From positions 15,435 through 79,434 of the forward strand of contig SVIC01000003.1 of the NCBI GenBank assembly GCA_015055515.1: DNA of 64,000 nt, written 5' to 3'. The translations under genes and the position numbers were made by a program. This document shows, piece after piece, positions 1 through 9,655 of this stretch; position 1 is the stretch's first letter; every line of letters begins with the position of its first letter. The notes beneath the pieces are model-generated. The model had not been told where the DNA came from. It saw nothing but the letters and a program-made list of their open reading frames with translations, and searched no databases. Source of the stretch: Clostridiales bacterium. Its GTDB lineage: Bacteria; Bacillota; Clostridia; Christensenellales; UBA1242.

Positions 1-389
1 GGATTTGAATCAGGTGTAGTATCTTTAATAACATACATATAGGCTACATAGCCTGTGCCATTGTTAGGATCTGGCAGATCAACATTATCAAATATAAATT
101 TATTGCTACTAGCAGACTGTCCAGCTCTGTGAACAATACTAGTATCTGTCAAATCAGTATTGTTAGAATCCTGTATCTTTGCAGTCAAATCTGTCCTATT
201 CTCACCATCTACTATCACGCCTTGAGCAGTGATCTCACAGTCCACCTCTTTGGCAACATATGTAACTGTCATAAAACTATCTGTACTAGTTCTTAATGCA
301 ACTAACACAATACCTATAGTAAGCCCTATTATTGCCAAAGCCATTATCACGCCGATAATAATTATCAACGATTTTTGTTTTGTTTTCAT
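1..389 (-). CDS. Hypothetical N-terminally anchored or secreted protein; only the 5' part is present because the ORF runs off the window start
   Basis: It is absent from the ORF track because the window edge truncates it. The reverse-strand ATG is at 389..387, with AGGAGA 7 nt upstream. I translated 129 codons down to position 3 without a stop. The protein starts MKTKQKSLIIIIGVIMALAIIGLTIGIVLVAL (basic N-terminus plus a hydrophobic helix). No family recognised. Confidence 0.7.
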   Translation of the reverse strand, partial: MKTKQKSLIIIIGVIMALAIIGLTIGIVLVALRTSTDSFMTVTYVAKEVDCEITAQGVIVDGENRTDLTAKIQDSNNTDLTDTSIVHRAGQSASSNKFIFDNVDLPDPNNGTGYVAYMYVIKDTTPDSN

Positions 390-458
390 TAATTTATCTC
401 CTTTGTCTTATAATATTTAACCATATGTGCCAAAACATCCACATACAATTCTAATATT

Positions 459-490
459 ATTGTATCACTACCCCCCCCCCCAGAGGTCAA
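459..490 (-). promoter_or_regulatory. Candidate sigma-A promoter of the 1..389 gene with a G11 tract inside a 20-nt spacer
   Basis: The reverse strand reads TTGACC-tct-GGGGGGGGGGG-tagTGa-TACAAT. The -35 is 485..490, the extended -10 (TGaTACAAT) ends at 459, and the spacer is 465..484. It sits between the upstream gene's terminator (520..547) and the RBS/ATG at 389. Confidence 0.55.
471..481. repeat. C11 (+ strand) / G11 (- strand) homopolymer tract
   Basis: There are eleven consecutive C residues, counted directly. By eye there is no other G/C run of comparable length in this AT-rich window. Confidence 0.95.
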
Positions 491-519
491 ACAATTTGCA
501 GGAGAAATTATAAAATAAT

Positions 520-547
520 AAAAAAAACTTGCTATATCACATAGCAA
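520..547 (-). terminator. Rho-independent terminator of the 615..1430 gene
   Basis: The - strand has stem TTGCTAT/ATAGCAA (529..535 / 541..547) with a 5-nt loop, followed by a T8 run (A-run 520..527 on the + strand). Confidence 0.6.
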
Positions 548-614
548 ATTAATTTTGATTTATCCACAATTTGATAAACTCGTCTATAACTTCAACGAAA
601 CATCAAATAAAAAA

Positions 615-1430
615 TTAGCTCACAGGACCATTAGGATCAAAACACCCACAACTCCAAGGAGAAGAGAATGTACAATTGTAATAACGATAATAGTTACCAT
701 CCGTTCCATAATAAATCTCATCACCTATTTGATAAGCATCAACATCTGTATCAAAAGAACTGTCTGGACCTTCACCTCCGCAAGTACTGCAAGGATCATA
801 TACACACCCACCTATAACATTGTGTGATGATAAATAATAACTATACTGAGCATATATATCAATATTACCATCAAGCAATTCACTAGGATTATCAATTACT
901 ATTTTTATTCTATATCCATTAGAGAAGGAAGAAAAAGTAAAATTGTTATAATCATGACAAATAACAACCATAGATAAATTGTCATATGGTAGATTACCTA
1001 TTGTTGTATCTCCCGCTGTTGTATATAATAATGTAAACGTTGAGTCTGTATGTAAATACCATCCATTAAAATAATATGTATGACCAAATAAACTTAGCAA
1101 CTCTTCTCCATCTTCTGCTACTGTAGGTATAGCTATTTGAGATATATATTGCCCTTCACTATTTTTCTCAAAAACAGCATCTATACTGCATATATCTTCA
1201 TGCCAATCAGAAAAGTCAGCGCCTGCCTCATATGCTGGCATTAACCTACCCATAAAATTGACCTTCACATCTATTGAATCGGGAATTATTGCAGAATACC
1301 CTAGGGACACACCAGAATCTAATATAATGCTAGTAGGAGAAACTAATACCACCGCCAAAAAAACCACTACACATAGTAGTGCCACAACCATCATTATTAA
1401 GATAATAGATAATTTTTTCTCTAATGACAT
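615..1430 (-). CDS. Hypothetical membrane-anchored extracytoplasmic protein with a Cys-rich C-terminus
   Basis: The ORF is 271 aa. It has an N-terminal hydrophobic anchor (LSIILIMMVVALLCVVVFLAVVLV). The C-terminal 60 aa are rich in C/G/D/Y (CVYDPCSTCGGEGPD...NCTFSSPWSCGCFDPNG). No family recognised. Confidence 0.65.
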   Translation of the reverse strand: MSLEKKLSIILIMMVVALLCVVVFLAVVLVSPTSIILDSGVSLGYSAIIPDSIDVKVNFMGRLMPAYEAGADFSDWHEDICSIDAVFEKNSEGQYISQIAIPTVAEDGEELLSLFGHTYYFNGWYLHTDSTFTLLYTTAGDTTIGNLPYDNLSMVVICHDYNNFTFSSFSNGYRIKIVIDNPSELLDGNIDIYAQYSYYLSSHNVIGGCVYDPCSTCGGEGPDSSFDTDVDAYQIGDEIYYGTDGNYYRYYNCTFSSPWSCGCFDPNGPVS

Positions 1431-1578
1431 GTGTCATCCCAATAATATAACGATAATATATTCTATATAATATACAAATATATTATATAAATTCATTTAT
1501 TTTTGGTCAAACAAATATGACTAAAAACGAGATTTATTAAAATAATATTTACTTATACCTTATTTTTCAAAAATAAAT

Positions 1579-1608
1579 TAAAAAAAGAAGGGCTATACCC
1601 AACCCTTC
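1579..1608 (-). terminator. Rho-independent terminator downstream of recA
   Basis: Stem GAAGGG/CCCTTC (1587..1592 / 1603..1608) is followed on the - strand by a T-run (A-run 1579..1586 on the + strand). Confidence 0.55.
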
Positions 1609-1615
1609 AAAATAT

Positions 1616-2635
1616 TTATTCTGACAAATCAACCTCAGTTAAGCCATTAGAAGCACTCATCTTCTCCCTAACCTTAGTCTCTATCTCTTGCAACATCTCT
1701 TCATTATCATTCAAGATAGCCTTAACATTCTCCTTACCTTGAGCAATCTTAGTACCATTATATGAATACCAACTACCACTCTTATTGATAATGTCTGCCT
1801 CTATTGCAACATCTACAATACAACCTAATTTATCTATACCCTTGCCATACATTATATCAAACTCTGCAACACGGAATGGAGGTGCCATCTTGTTCTTGAC
1901 AACCTTCACCTTCGCCCTATTACCAATGATATTAGATCCATCCTTAATAACATCAACCTTTCTAATATCTAGTCTTACACTAGCATAGAACTTCAAAGCC
2001 TTACCACCAGTGGTTGTCTCCGGATTGCCATATATTACACCTATCTTATCACGCAATTGGTTGATAAAAATTACACAAGTATTATTCTTATTAGTAACGC
2101 CAGTTAACTTTCTAAGGGCTTGTGACATAAGCCTTGCTTGAGTACCAATGAAGTTATCTCCCATCTCACCATCAATCTCTGCCTTAGGAGTAAGTGCTGC
2201 AACAGAGTCAACTATTACTACATCCATAGCACCACTACGAACTAGTGATTCTAATATATCTAATCCTTGCTCACCTGTATCAGGCTGAGACACATATAGG
2301 TCATTAATATTAACACCTAACTTTGCGGCATATTGTGGGTCTAGAGCATGCTCTGCATCAATAAACGCAGCAGTACCACCCATCTTCTGAGCTTCTGCCA
2401 AAATATGCAGAGCCAAAGTTGTCTTACCAGACGATTCTGGTCCATATATCTCTACAATTCTACCCTTTGGCACTCCACCAATTCCTAGTGCGTGATCTAA
2501 TGTAAGGCAACCAGTAGGAATAACATCTATTGCCTGAGCACCAGTATCACCCAACTTCATGATTGAGCCCTTACCAAATTGTTTCTCTATTTGCATTAGA
2601 GCAAGCTCTAACGCCTTCTTCTTAGCATCATCCAT
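1616..2635 (-). CDS. recA: Recombinase RecA
   Basis: The 339-aa protein has the canonical RecA sequence ([13 protein letters not shown]; Walker [13 protein letters not shown]; [11 protein letters not shown]). It has an AAGGAT RBS and sits in pgsA-cinA-recA synteny. Confidence 0.98.
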   Translation of the reverse strand: MDDAKKKALELALMQIEKQFGKGSIMKLGDTGAQAIDVIPTGCLTLDHALGIGGVPKGRIVEIYGPESSGKTTLALHILAEAQKMGGTAAFIDAEHALDPQYAAKLGVNINDLYVSQPDTGEQGLDILESLVRSGAMDVVIVDSVAALTPKAEIDGEMGDNFIGTQARLMSQALRKLTGVTNKNNTCVIFINQLRDKIGVIYGNPETTTGGKALKFYASVRLDIRKVDVIKDGSNIIGNRAKVKVVKNKMAPPFRVAEFDIMYGKGIDKLGCIVDVAIEADIINKSGSWYSYNGTKIAQGKENVKAILNDNEEMLQEIETKVREKMSASNGLTEVDLSE

Positions 2636-2670
2636 AAATTTATCCTTTTTTATTCAATTATAACACTTGT

Positions 2671-2699
2671 ATTATAACAACATATAGTGACTTTGTCAA
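2671..2699 (-). promoter_or_regulatory. Consensus sigma-A promoter of recA (TTGACA-17-TATAAT)
   Basis: The - strand reads TTGACA (2694..2699), a 17-nt spacer, then TATAAT (2671..2676), about 35 nt upstream of the recA ATG. Confidence 0.75.
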
Positions 2700-2707
2700 A
2701 CATTTAT

Positions 2708-2721
2708 CGTACATTTGTTCG
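2708..2721. promoter_or_regulatory. LexA/DinR (Cheo-type) SOS box upstream of recA
   Basis: The - strand reads CGAACAAATGTACG, one mismatch from the Firmicute consensus CGAAC-N4-GTTCG. It lies immediately upstream of the recA -35. Confidence 0.6.
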
Positions 2722-3957
2722 CTAATTTGTCAATGTTTGATCAAACAATAAATTATTCTGCTTTAACATCCTTATAAGGTAATAACATATGTTTTTTGTC
2801 ACCAAATCAATAATTTCTGACAATTTACCCTTATATGTATGCTTGTAAATATGTACACCCTCTGTATTACCTATTGCAAGAAAACAATTCGCCACATGCG
2901 TATCTATATTATATGCGCCTAATGAAGCCACAACTACATCACATTCGCCACTATCAATCATTGCTGTAGCGACTTCATATGCTGAATCTACGCTATACAT
3001 TCCATTTCTAGCAATATCGTTAAGATCAATTGTTGGATACATACCCAAATCTTTAACTTTTGTAATAATATTATGATTAGTAATATAAGAGATTATTTCA
3101 TCGTCCATCATAACCATATCTCTAATCAATTTACCCTTGGTAACACTCTCTAATACAGATATTCTCTTGCTGGTTAATTTCACAAGATCTATAGCCATTT
3201 GATACAAGGAAATATCCTCTGTAGCATACAAATATCTACCCAATGATTCACAGACCTTTGCAACGAATTCTTGCAAATCCGATCTATCTACACTATTCTT
3301 ATAACCAACAGAAATAAGTGTATCAAGATTATCTGTACGACATTGTATAGACACGCCTACACTATTATTCATGAATGGCATTAGAATCTTTGTCAGAGCA
3401 TCCTCAGTCAAGCCAAAGCACTTCAAGTAAATAAACTCTTGCGGCAAATCATACAGCCTTGACAGTATAGCAATTAGTTTTGAATTAAATATATCAGATA
3501 CCTGATCAACATCTGGTGGTAAGAATACTAAATTAACCCCCGACCTAGACAAATAGAATCCTTGTACATATCCTAGATCACTAGTAAGTGGCTCGGAGCC
3601 ATCTGGAATAAGGCTCTCATTCTCAAAATTGGCATTATCACCAATTTCCCCCGAATGCAATCTAAGATAACTCTCTATTGCAAAAGATGCGGCAGAGTTC
3701 TTAACCAAGAATGTTTGAAAGCAATCACTTATTACTTCCTTTATCTCCTTATTCTTCTCAAAATTCGAACTAAGCTTAATAAAAATCAAATCATTCTGAC
3801 TAGCCCTTATATATTTCTTAACATCATCGGTAGAAAAAGATATGGCTGAATAATTGTTGAGTATTAAGCCATAACGAGACAAAGTATCAGACAAATAGTC
3901 TAATACTTCATCTTTGTTATTAAAATTATAGTCGATATCAAGATATGTATAATTCAT
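2722..3957 (-). CDS. CinA-like (competence/damage-inducible) protein, divergent, with degenerate conserved motifs
   Basis: The 411-aa ORF lies between pgsA and recA, as cinA does in Bacillus. The block VFLPPDVDQVSDIF aligns with the CinA LLPGPPxEMxPMF region. The C-terminal LESVTKGKLI aligns with the PncC-domain AESCTGG. The N-domain GGLGPTxDD position reads KLSSNFEKNKE. Confidence 0.55.
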   Translation of the reverse strand: MNYTYLDIDYNFNNKDEVLDYLSDTLSRYGLILNNYSAISFSTDDVKKYIRASQNDLIFIKLSSNFEKNKEIKEVISDCFQTFLVKNSAASFAIESYLRLHSGEIGDNANFENESLIPDGSEPLTSDLGYVQGFYLSRSGVNLVFLPPDVDQVSDIFNSKLIAILSRLYDLPQEFIYLKCFGLTEDALTKILMPFMNNSVGVSIQCRTDNLDTLISVGYKNSVDRSDLQEFVAKVCESLGRYLYATEDISLYQMAIDLVKLTSKRISVLESVTKGKLIRDMVMMDDEIISYITNHNIITKVKDLGMYPTIDLNDIARNGMYSVDSAYEVATAMIDSGECDVVVASLGAYNIDTHVANCFLAIGNTEGVHIYKHTYKGKLSEIIDLVTKNICYYLIRMLKQNNLLFDQTLTN

Positions 3958-3960
3958 TAT

Positions 3961-4596
3961 TTAGTCTCTTTTTTCGTCCTCATCAGTTGCCTTATCATCT
4001 TTCTTTGTTGATCTTAATACTGTAGGATTGTTAACTATATAACCAACCTCTGATATGATCATAAGAAGACATGTAATGCCTATTAATGCATACAGTACTA
4101 TTGTATAAATATGTACAAACTCTATTGTTGCAAATGCAAATGTTCTAAGATATGCCAAAAGCATACCAGCACCAAGAGTAATATATAATGCAATTTGCTT
4201 GTTTTTGCCCCATCTATCTGCAGCAATAATAATTCCTTTTAATTGTCCAATCTGTCTAAATCCAGTAATAACATAATCACGCTGAAGATTGATAAACATA
4301 AATATAATACCCGCAATAGTAGGAATTACTGGATTTGCACCAGTTATCAGTAGTACTATTGCAGTTGTAGCAAGCAACTTATCAGCAATAGGATCAAGGA
4401 ACTTACCAAGATCTGTTACTTGGTTATTCTTTCTAGCAAGATATCCATCCAAGAAATCAGACAGAACACCTGCAATAAGCAAGATTAAAGCAAACAACTT
4501 GCCCAATCCAAAAGGTATAAAATCTGCCATATACATAAATAGCATGATTGGTGTCATTATAATTCTAGCAACAGTTATCTTCGTTGGTGTGTTCAT
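3961..4596 (-). CDS. pgsA: CDP-diacylglycerol--glycerol-3-phosphate 3-phosphatidyltransferase
   Basis: The 211-aa protein carries the CDP-alcohol phosphatidyltransferase motif DGYLARKNNQVTDLGKFLDPIADK and is multi-TM. Synteny supports the call. Confidence 0.9.
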   Translation of the reverse strand: MNTPTKITVARIIMTPIMLFMYMADFIPFGLGKLFALILLIAGVLSDFLDGYLARKNNQVTDLGKFLDPIADKLLATTAIVLLITGANPVIPTIAGIIFMFINLQRDYVITGFRQIGQLKGIIIAADRWGKNKQIALYITLGAGMLLAYLRTFAFATIEFVHIYTIVLYALIGITCLLMIISEVGYIVNNPTVLRSTKKDDKATDEDEKRD

Positions 4597-5903
4597 AATA
4601 TTTCTCCTTGTAAATCATAATCTAATACATTTGTAATACGAATAGTATAGTATTGGCCTATATTAAGGTTATTGCCCTTTGCACAAATATATATAACAGA
4701 GTCGGACTCAGGATTATGATATTGGCTACGTGCCACATACATATCATCCTCTATACCATCAATCACAACTTCCATAGTTTTAGCTAGCATAGCATTGTTC
4801 AACGTCTTTACAACCCCATACTGAGCTTCTGATATTGCCTTTAACCTTCTATTCTTTGTAGCAGTAGGTACTTGATCTATAAAATCATATGACCTAGTGC
4901 CCTCCTCTCTACTATAGGTAAAAAATCCTACATAATTCAACTTCTGTTCGATTACAAAATTCATCAATTTATCAAAATGTTCTTTTCGTTCGCCTGGAAA
5001 ACCTAAAATAAAAGTTGTCCTTATAGCAATATCAGGAATATTGAGTCTTAACTTCTTAATAAGGTTAACAATCTTATCATAATTATTGCGCCTATTCATT
5101 TGCTTCAATATATAACTATCTACATGTTGCAGAGGGATATCTATATATTTACATACTTTCGGATTATCCCTTATTTCCGCAATCAATTCTTCTGTTATAC
5201 TCTCAGGATAGCAATATAATAATCTTATCCATTTCAAATTAGTTATCTTAGACAATCTTCTAATAAGTGTCACAATATTCGTGCCATCATTGAGATCTGT
5301 GCCATACTTTGTCACATCTTGGGCAACTAATATAATCTCCGTGGCTCCATTATCAACTAAGTTCTGCGCCTCTATCATTAGATCTGATAATGACTCACTC
5401 TTATACCTACCTCTAATGTATGGGATTTTACAATAAGAGCAGAAATTATTACATCCGTCCGAGATCTTAAGATATGCGTAATGCCTAGGTGTTGTTATCA
5501 ACCTATTATGATTGCTATAACAGCAATCGGAAGCCTTCTTATTATACAACCCGAATATCACATCTACAATTCTCTCATTGTCCTTGATATGCACAAATGC
5601 ATCCACTTCTGGCAAACTCTCTGCCAGATCGGTATACTGCATCTCATTTATACAGCCAGTAACAATTATCTTCTCTAATTTGTCACCCTTTAACTCACCG
5701 CACTCTATTATTGCTGAAATTGATTCTTCCCTTGCAGGGCGAATGAATGAGCAAGTATTAACAATTATGATATTTGCCTCGGTCGCATCAGGCTCTATTA
5801 GAAAACCGGCGGACCGAACAGCATACATCATCTTCTCTAGATCCACTCTATTCTTATCACATCCCAAACTTATAAAACCGATCTTTTTCTTAAGTATATC
5901 CAT
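4593..5903 (-). CDS. rimO: Ribosomal protein S12 methylthiotransferase RimO (MiaB-family radical SAM)
   Basis: The 436-aa protein has the N-terminal IGFISLGCDKNRVD, the radical-SAM motif CNNFCSYCKIP and a C-terminal TRAM-like region. It overlaps pgsA by 4 nt. Confidence 0.85.
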   Translation of the reverse strand: MDILKKKIGFISLGCDKNRVDLEKMMYAVRSAGFLIEPDATEANIIIVNTCSFIRPAREESISAIIECGELKGDKLEKIIVTGCINEMQYTDLAESLPEVDAFVHIKDNERIVDVIFGLYNKKASDCCYSNHNRLITTPRHYAYLKISDGCNNFCSYCKIPYIRGRYKSESLSDLMIEAQNLVDNGATEIILVAQDVTKYGTDLNDGTNIVTLIRRLSKITNLKWIRLLYCYPESITEELIAEIRDNPKVCKYIDIPLQHVDSYILKQMNRRNNYDKIVNLIKKLRLNIPDIAIRTTFILGFPGERKEHFDKLMNFVIEQKLNYVGFFTYSREEGTRSYDFIDQVPTATKNRRLKAISEAQYGVVKTLNNAMLAKTMEVVIDGIEDDMYVARSQYHNPESDSVIYICAKGNNLNIGQYYTIRITNVLDYDLQGEIL

Positions 5904-5905
5904 AA

Positions 5906-8794
5906 TTAGAAATCCTCGCCAAATACTTCTTCAAATTCTTGCTGTGACATGAATATAATTCTATTATTCTTATCATCTTTCTTCGATATATAATTCATTG
6001 CTTCCATATCATCTATTATCTTTGCCGCTCTTGGATACCCAATACGCAAGAATCTCTGTACTTTGGTTGTAGATATATTGCCAGATTTGATAGCAAAACG
6101 AAGTACATCCTTCATCAATGGATCCATATTATTAGCATTACCACCACCAGAAGCACCTGATCCAGAATCGGACATTACATCATCATTATTTCTATTGAAC
6201 ATCTTATCCTCTACCTCTTCATCGAAGATACAGTCGTTATTCTCTTTTATAAAGTTAACAACCTTCTCCACCTCTGAATTCTTAAGGAATGCTCCTTGTA
6301 TTCTCTGGGGTTTATTTGTACCCACTGGAGAATACAGCATATCTCCATAACCAAGCAGACTTTCGGCGCCGCCTTGGTTAAGAATTGTAATACTATCATT
6401 AAATGAAGATACGGCAAACGCTATACGAGATGGCAAATTACTCTTAACTAGTCCAGTAATAACATCGGTACTTGGTCTCTGCGTAGCAAGAACTAAGTGT
6501 ATACCTACCGCTCTGGACAACTGTGCTATACGCACTATCTTGGACTCCATTTCTTTTCTAGTCTGCATCATAAGTTCATTCAACTCATCTACAACTACCA
6601 CTATAGTAGGCATCTTCTCTAACTCGCCACTCTTCACCTTCGCACAAGAATTATACTCATCTATATTTCTGATACCAGCTTTAAGTGAATCAAAGAAATT
6701 AATTCTTCTATTCATTTCATCTATAAGCCAATCAAAAGCATTCATTGCCTTTTCTTTATCTGTAATAACATTTGGCACAAGTAAATGTGGCAAACCATTA
6801 TATAGTGAGAATTCCAATCTCTTAGGGTCTATCAGAATAAGCCTCAAGTCTTCTGGACCTGATTTGTATAATAAACTAATAAGAAGAGAGTTCAAGCACA
6901 CAGACTTACCACTACCTGTTGTTCCGGCAACCAATAAGTGAGGCATCTTCTCTATATTTCCTATAATAGGACTATTGGAGATATCTTTACCTAGTCCATA
7001 CGCTGTCTTATACTTCGAATTCTGGAATTCATAGGAATCAATAATATCCTTTAACCCTACCGTTTCCTTCTGTTCGTTCGGTATCTCTACACCAAATGCA
7101 TTCTTGCCAGGTATTGGAATCTCCGTCCTTATAGATCCCTTACAAGCCAACGCCATCTGCATATCTGGCACTAAGTTGTCTATCTTCTTTACCGATATAC
7201 CTATAGGCATTGTTAACTCAAATCTAGTAAATGAAGGACCTCTTGCAACAGAGCATACCTTTGCAGGTATTCTAAAACTATCCAAGGTAGCCTCTAACCT
7301 TCTTGCCTTCTCTTCGTTATTCTCCTCTACAACGTTATCGTTAGTATAGGTATCCAACAAATCAATAGGAGGCTTGACATACGGTCGTCTCTTTGGCTTT
7401 GCCTTCTCCGCCTGAGTCCTAATCTTATTTATCTCATTTACATTTACAACATTGCTAGTATATGATGTGGCACCCCGCCTATCAGTATTTTCACGCATAT
7501 TGTACACTTCATTAGCCTTAGCAATTTGAGCAGATGCTGTATCAAAGTTATTTAGCCTATCAATATAATCGGATTTATTCTTCTCGTAACCACGCAAAGT
7601 TAGATTCTCATCAAACAAATCTTGTTGCTCTGCATATTGTCGCCTCTTAGGCTTTGCCGGTTTAGGCCTTTCGTCTACATACCTATTTGCACTAGTAAAT
7701 AAATTTTCCTGCTCCGCTGTGCCAAACAATTTTTCCTTAGCATTATACCTATTATCAGTCTTACCATAAGTATTGTCCAACCTTATTTCCTGTCTTGGCG
7801 GAACATCAACGCTGGACCTACCCATTATATCATCCAGATAATCTCTATTACGCTTATCACGCTCATACTTAGCAGCAGCCTCGGCAGACTGTGATGCACT
7901 AAAAGATACCGTTGCTGTACGAAGTCTACCCATATCTACTACTGGCTCATCTACTTCATCTTCCTCTTCATCATCATGGAACACCATATTAGGTCTTCTC
8001 TTAGGCTCAGCAACCTCTTCATCTACAGCAAATAAATCCTCATCATCTTCATCAATAATCACAGGCTGTTCTTTCTCTAGCCCTAGTATCCTTCTAGCAA
8101 TAGATTTGTCTACAGCCTTTTTTTCTACCTTAACATCCTCGTCATCGGATATAAAGACATCTTCATCGTAAGGCACCTCATCAAAAGTAGGAGTAGCTTG
8201 TTCGAAATATTCCTCCTCTTCTTCCTCCTCCTGAGGCATAACAATGTTCGACACACTATCTTCGATATACATTCTAGTCTGCTTACGCTTATATATACTA
8301 TCTACGAATAAACATAAGAACGTAAGTAGTATTATAGCAAAAACAACCGATGCACCTGCTAAATGTGTAAGACTATATACAGGATACACAACAAAGCTGA
8401 ATATTACACCACCAGCAGTATAACACTTAGAACAATTAAAAGATTGTAGCAAATAGTGCGCATACGAATTATTAATAATTGTACTAGACGTGAAAATATG
8501 CGCCATTGCAATTAAGCAAAGTGAGGATAATACAAGGTACACAACTTCCTTGCTAGATAATTTAATATTTACCTTACGAATTCGCATTACGCCAAATACT
8601 ATAAAGAAAATACCAACTGGGTATACACACAGCCCAAACACGCCGTATATAAAATTACTGAACACAGGGAATATATTCAACATTAATAGTGCCAACAAAA
8701 CAGAAAAAACACTAATCAGTACAATTGCTAACTTAGACTGGTGTTTTTTCTTCTTGGATACTATTGAACTCTTATTACTAGGATACACAGGCAT
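5906..8794 (-). CDS. ftsK: DNA translocase FtsK/SpoIIIE
   Basis: The 962-aa protein has N-terminal TM helices, a long acidic low-complexity linker (EEEEEEEYFE..., DDEDV...), a motor domain with Walker A GTTGSGKS and a C-terminal winged-helix gamma domain. Confidence 0.95.
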   Translation of the reverse strand: MPVYPSNKSSIVSKKKKHQSKLAIVLISVFSVLLALLMLNIFPVFSNFIYGVFGLCVYPVGIFFIVFGVMRIRKVNIKLSSKEVVYLVLSSLCLIAMAHIFTSSTIINNSYAHYLLQSFNCSKCYTAGGVIFSFVVYPVYSLTHLAGASVVFAIILLTFLCLFVDSIYKRKQTRMYIEDSVSNIVMPQEEEEEEEYFEQATPTFDEVPYDEDVFISDDEDVKVEKKAVDKSIARRILGLEKEQPVIIDEDDEDLFAVDEEVAEPKRRPNMVFHDDEEEDEVDEPVVDMGRLRTATVSFSASQSAEAAAKYERDKRNRDYLDDIMGRSSVDVPPRQEIRLDNTYGKTDNRYNAKEKLFGTAEQENLFTSANRYVDERPKPAKPKRRQYAEQQDLFDENLTLRGYEKNKSDYIDRLNNFDTASAQIAKANEVYNMRENTDRRGATSYTSNVVNVNEINKIRTQAEKAKPKRRPYVKPPIDLLDTYTNDNVVEENNEEKARRLEATLDSFRIPAKVCSVARGPSFTRFELTMPIGISVKKIDNLVPDMQMALACKGSIRTEIPIPGKNAFGVEIPNEQKETVGLKDIIDSYEFQNSKYKTAYGLGKDISNSPIIGNIEKMPHLLVAGTTGSGKSVCLNSLLISLLYKSGPEDLRLILIDPKRLEFSLYNGLPHLLVPNVITDKEKAMNAFDWLIDEMNRRINFFDSLKAGIRNIDEYNSCAKVKSGELEKMPTIVVVVDELNELMMQTRKEMESKIVRIAQLSRAVGIHLVLATQRPSTDVITGLVKSNLPSRIAFAVSSFNDSITILNQGGAESLLGYGDMLYSPVGTNKPQRIQGAFLKNSEVEKVVNFIKENNDCIFDEEVEDKMFNRNNDDVMSDSGSGASGGGNANNMDPLMKDVLRFAIKSGNISTTKVQRFLRIGYPRAAKIIDDMEAMNYISKKDDKNNRIIFMSQQEFEEVFGEDF

Positions 8795-8920
8795 ATATAA
8801 GACCCCACATATTTAATTGAAGTTAACAGCAGAACAATACTATATTCTACTCCATAATATGTATAAGTATAACATAATAAAGTGATAAATAAAAATATAT
8901 TAAGGGGTTTTATACATTTT

Positions 8921-9637
8921 TCAATTTGCCATTTTTAACATTTCTTTTTTTATCTGAGACACTATTCTCTTCTCTAGCCTACTAATATAACTTTGACTGA
9001 TACCTAGATCATCTGCCACTTCTTTTTGAGTCTTCTCGTCATCGCCAGAAAGACCAAATCTAAGTATCATTATCTCTTTCTCACGACTATTAAGTCTATC
9101 CAATATCTGCCAGAGTATCTGCCTTTCTGTAATCTTCTCTAGTTCGAAATGTGGTGTATCATCATCGCTTGCAACTAGGTCTAGATACTGCAACTCATTA
9201 CCCTCGCCATCCACATTAAAGGCATCATCTATACTAATCTCGCCCCTCTGTCTATTTATCTTCCTAAGATACATTAATATTTCATTCTCTATACATCTAC
9301 TTGCATATGTAGCAATCTTAATATTCTTATCTCCATTAAATGAATTAATTGCCTTGATTAAGCCAATACTTCCGATAGACACTATATCCTCCATATCTAA
9401 ATCGTTATGCTCAAATTTCTTTGCAATGAATATTACAAGCCTAATATTTTTTTCTATTAATGTATTCTTTGCCTCATCATCACCCGCCATTAATCTTTCA
9501 ACTAACAACTTCTCTTCTTCTTCAGTTGGTGCATTTGGCAAAGTCTCACCATTGGTAAAATAATGAAGAATATTTTTAGTCTCTTCAAATTCGAAATTCT
9601 TAAATAAATTTAATATTTTTTTCAAAAAATTAGCCAT
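8921..9637 (-). CDS. sigE: Sporulation sigma factor E (pro-sigma-E)
   Basis: The 238-aa protein matches B. subtilis SigE along its length as I recall it (IEKNIRLVIFIAKKF, IATYASRCIENEILMYLR, GISQSYISRLEKRI). It has an N-terminal pro-sequence and lies directly downstream of spoIIGA. Confidence 0.93.
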   Translation of the reverse strand: MANFLKKILNLFKNFEFEETKNILHYFTNGETLPNAPTEEEEKLLVERLMAGDDEAKNTLIEKNIRLVIFIAKKFEHNDLDMEDIVSIGSIGLIKAINSFNGDKNIKIATYASRCIENEILMYLRKINRQRGEISIDDAFNVDGEGNELQYLDLVASDDDTPHFELEKITERQILWQILDRLNSREKEIMILRFGLSGDDEKTQKEVADDLGISQSYISRLEKRIVSQIKKEMLKMAN

Positions 9638-9655
9638 ATTACACTCCTACATTTT

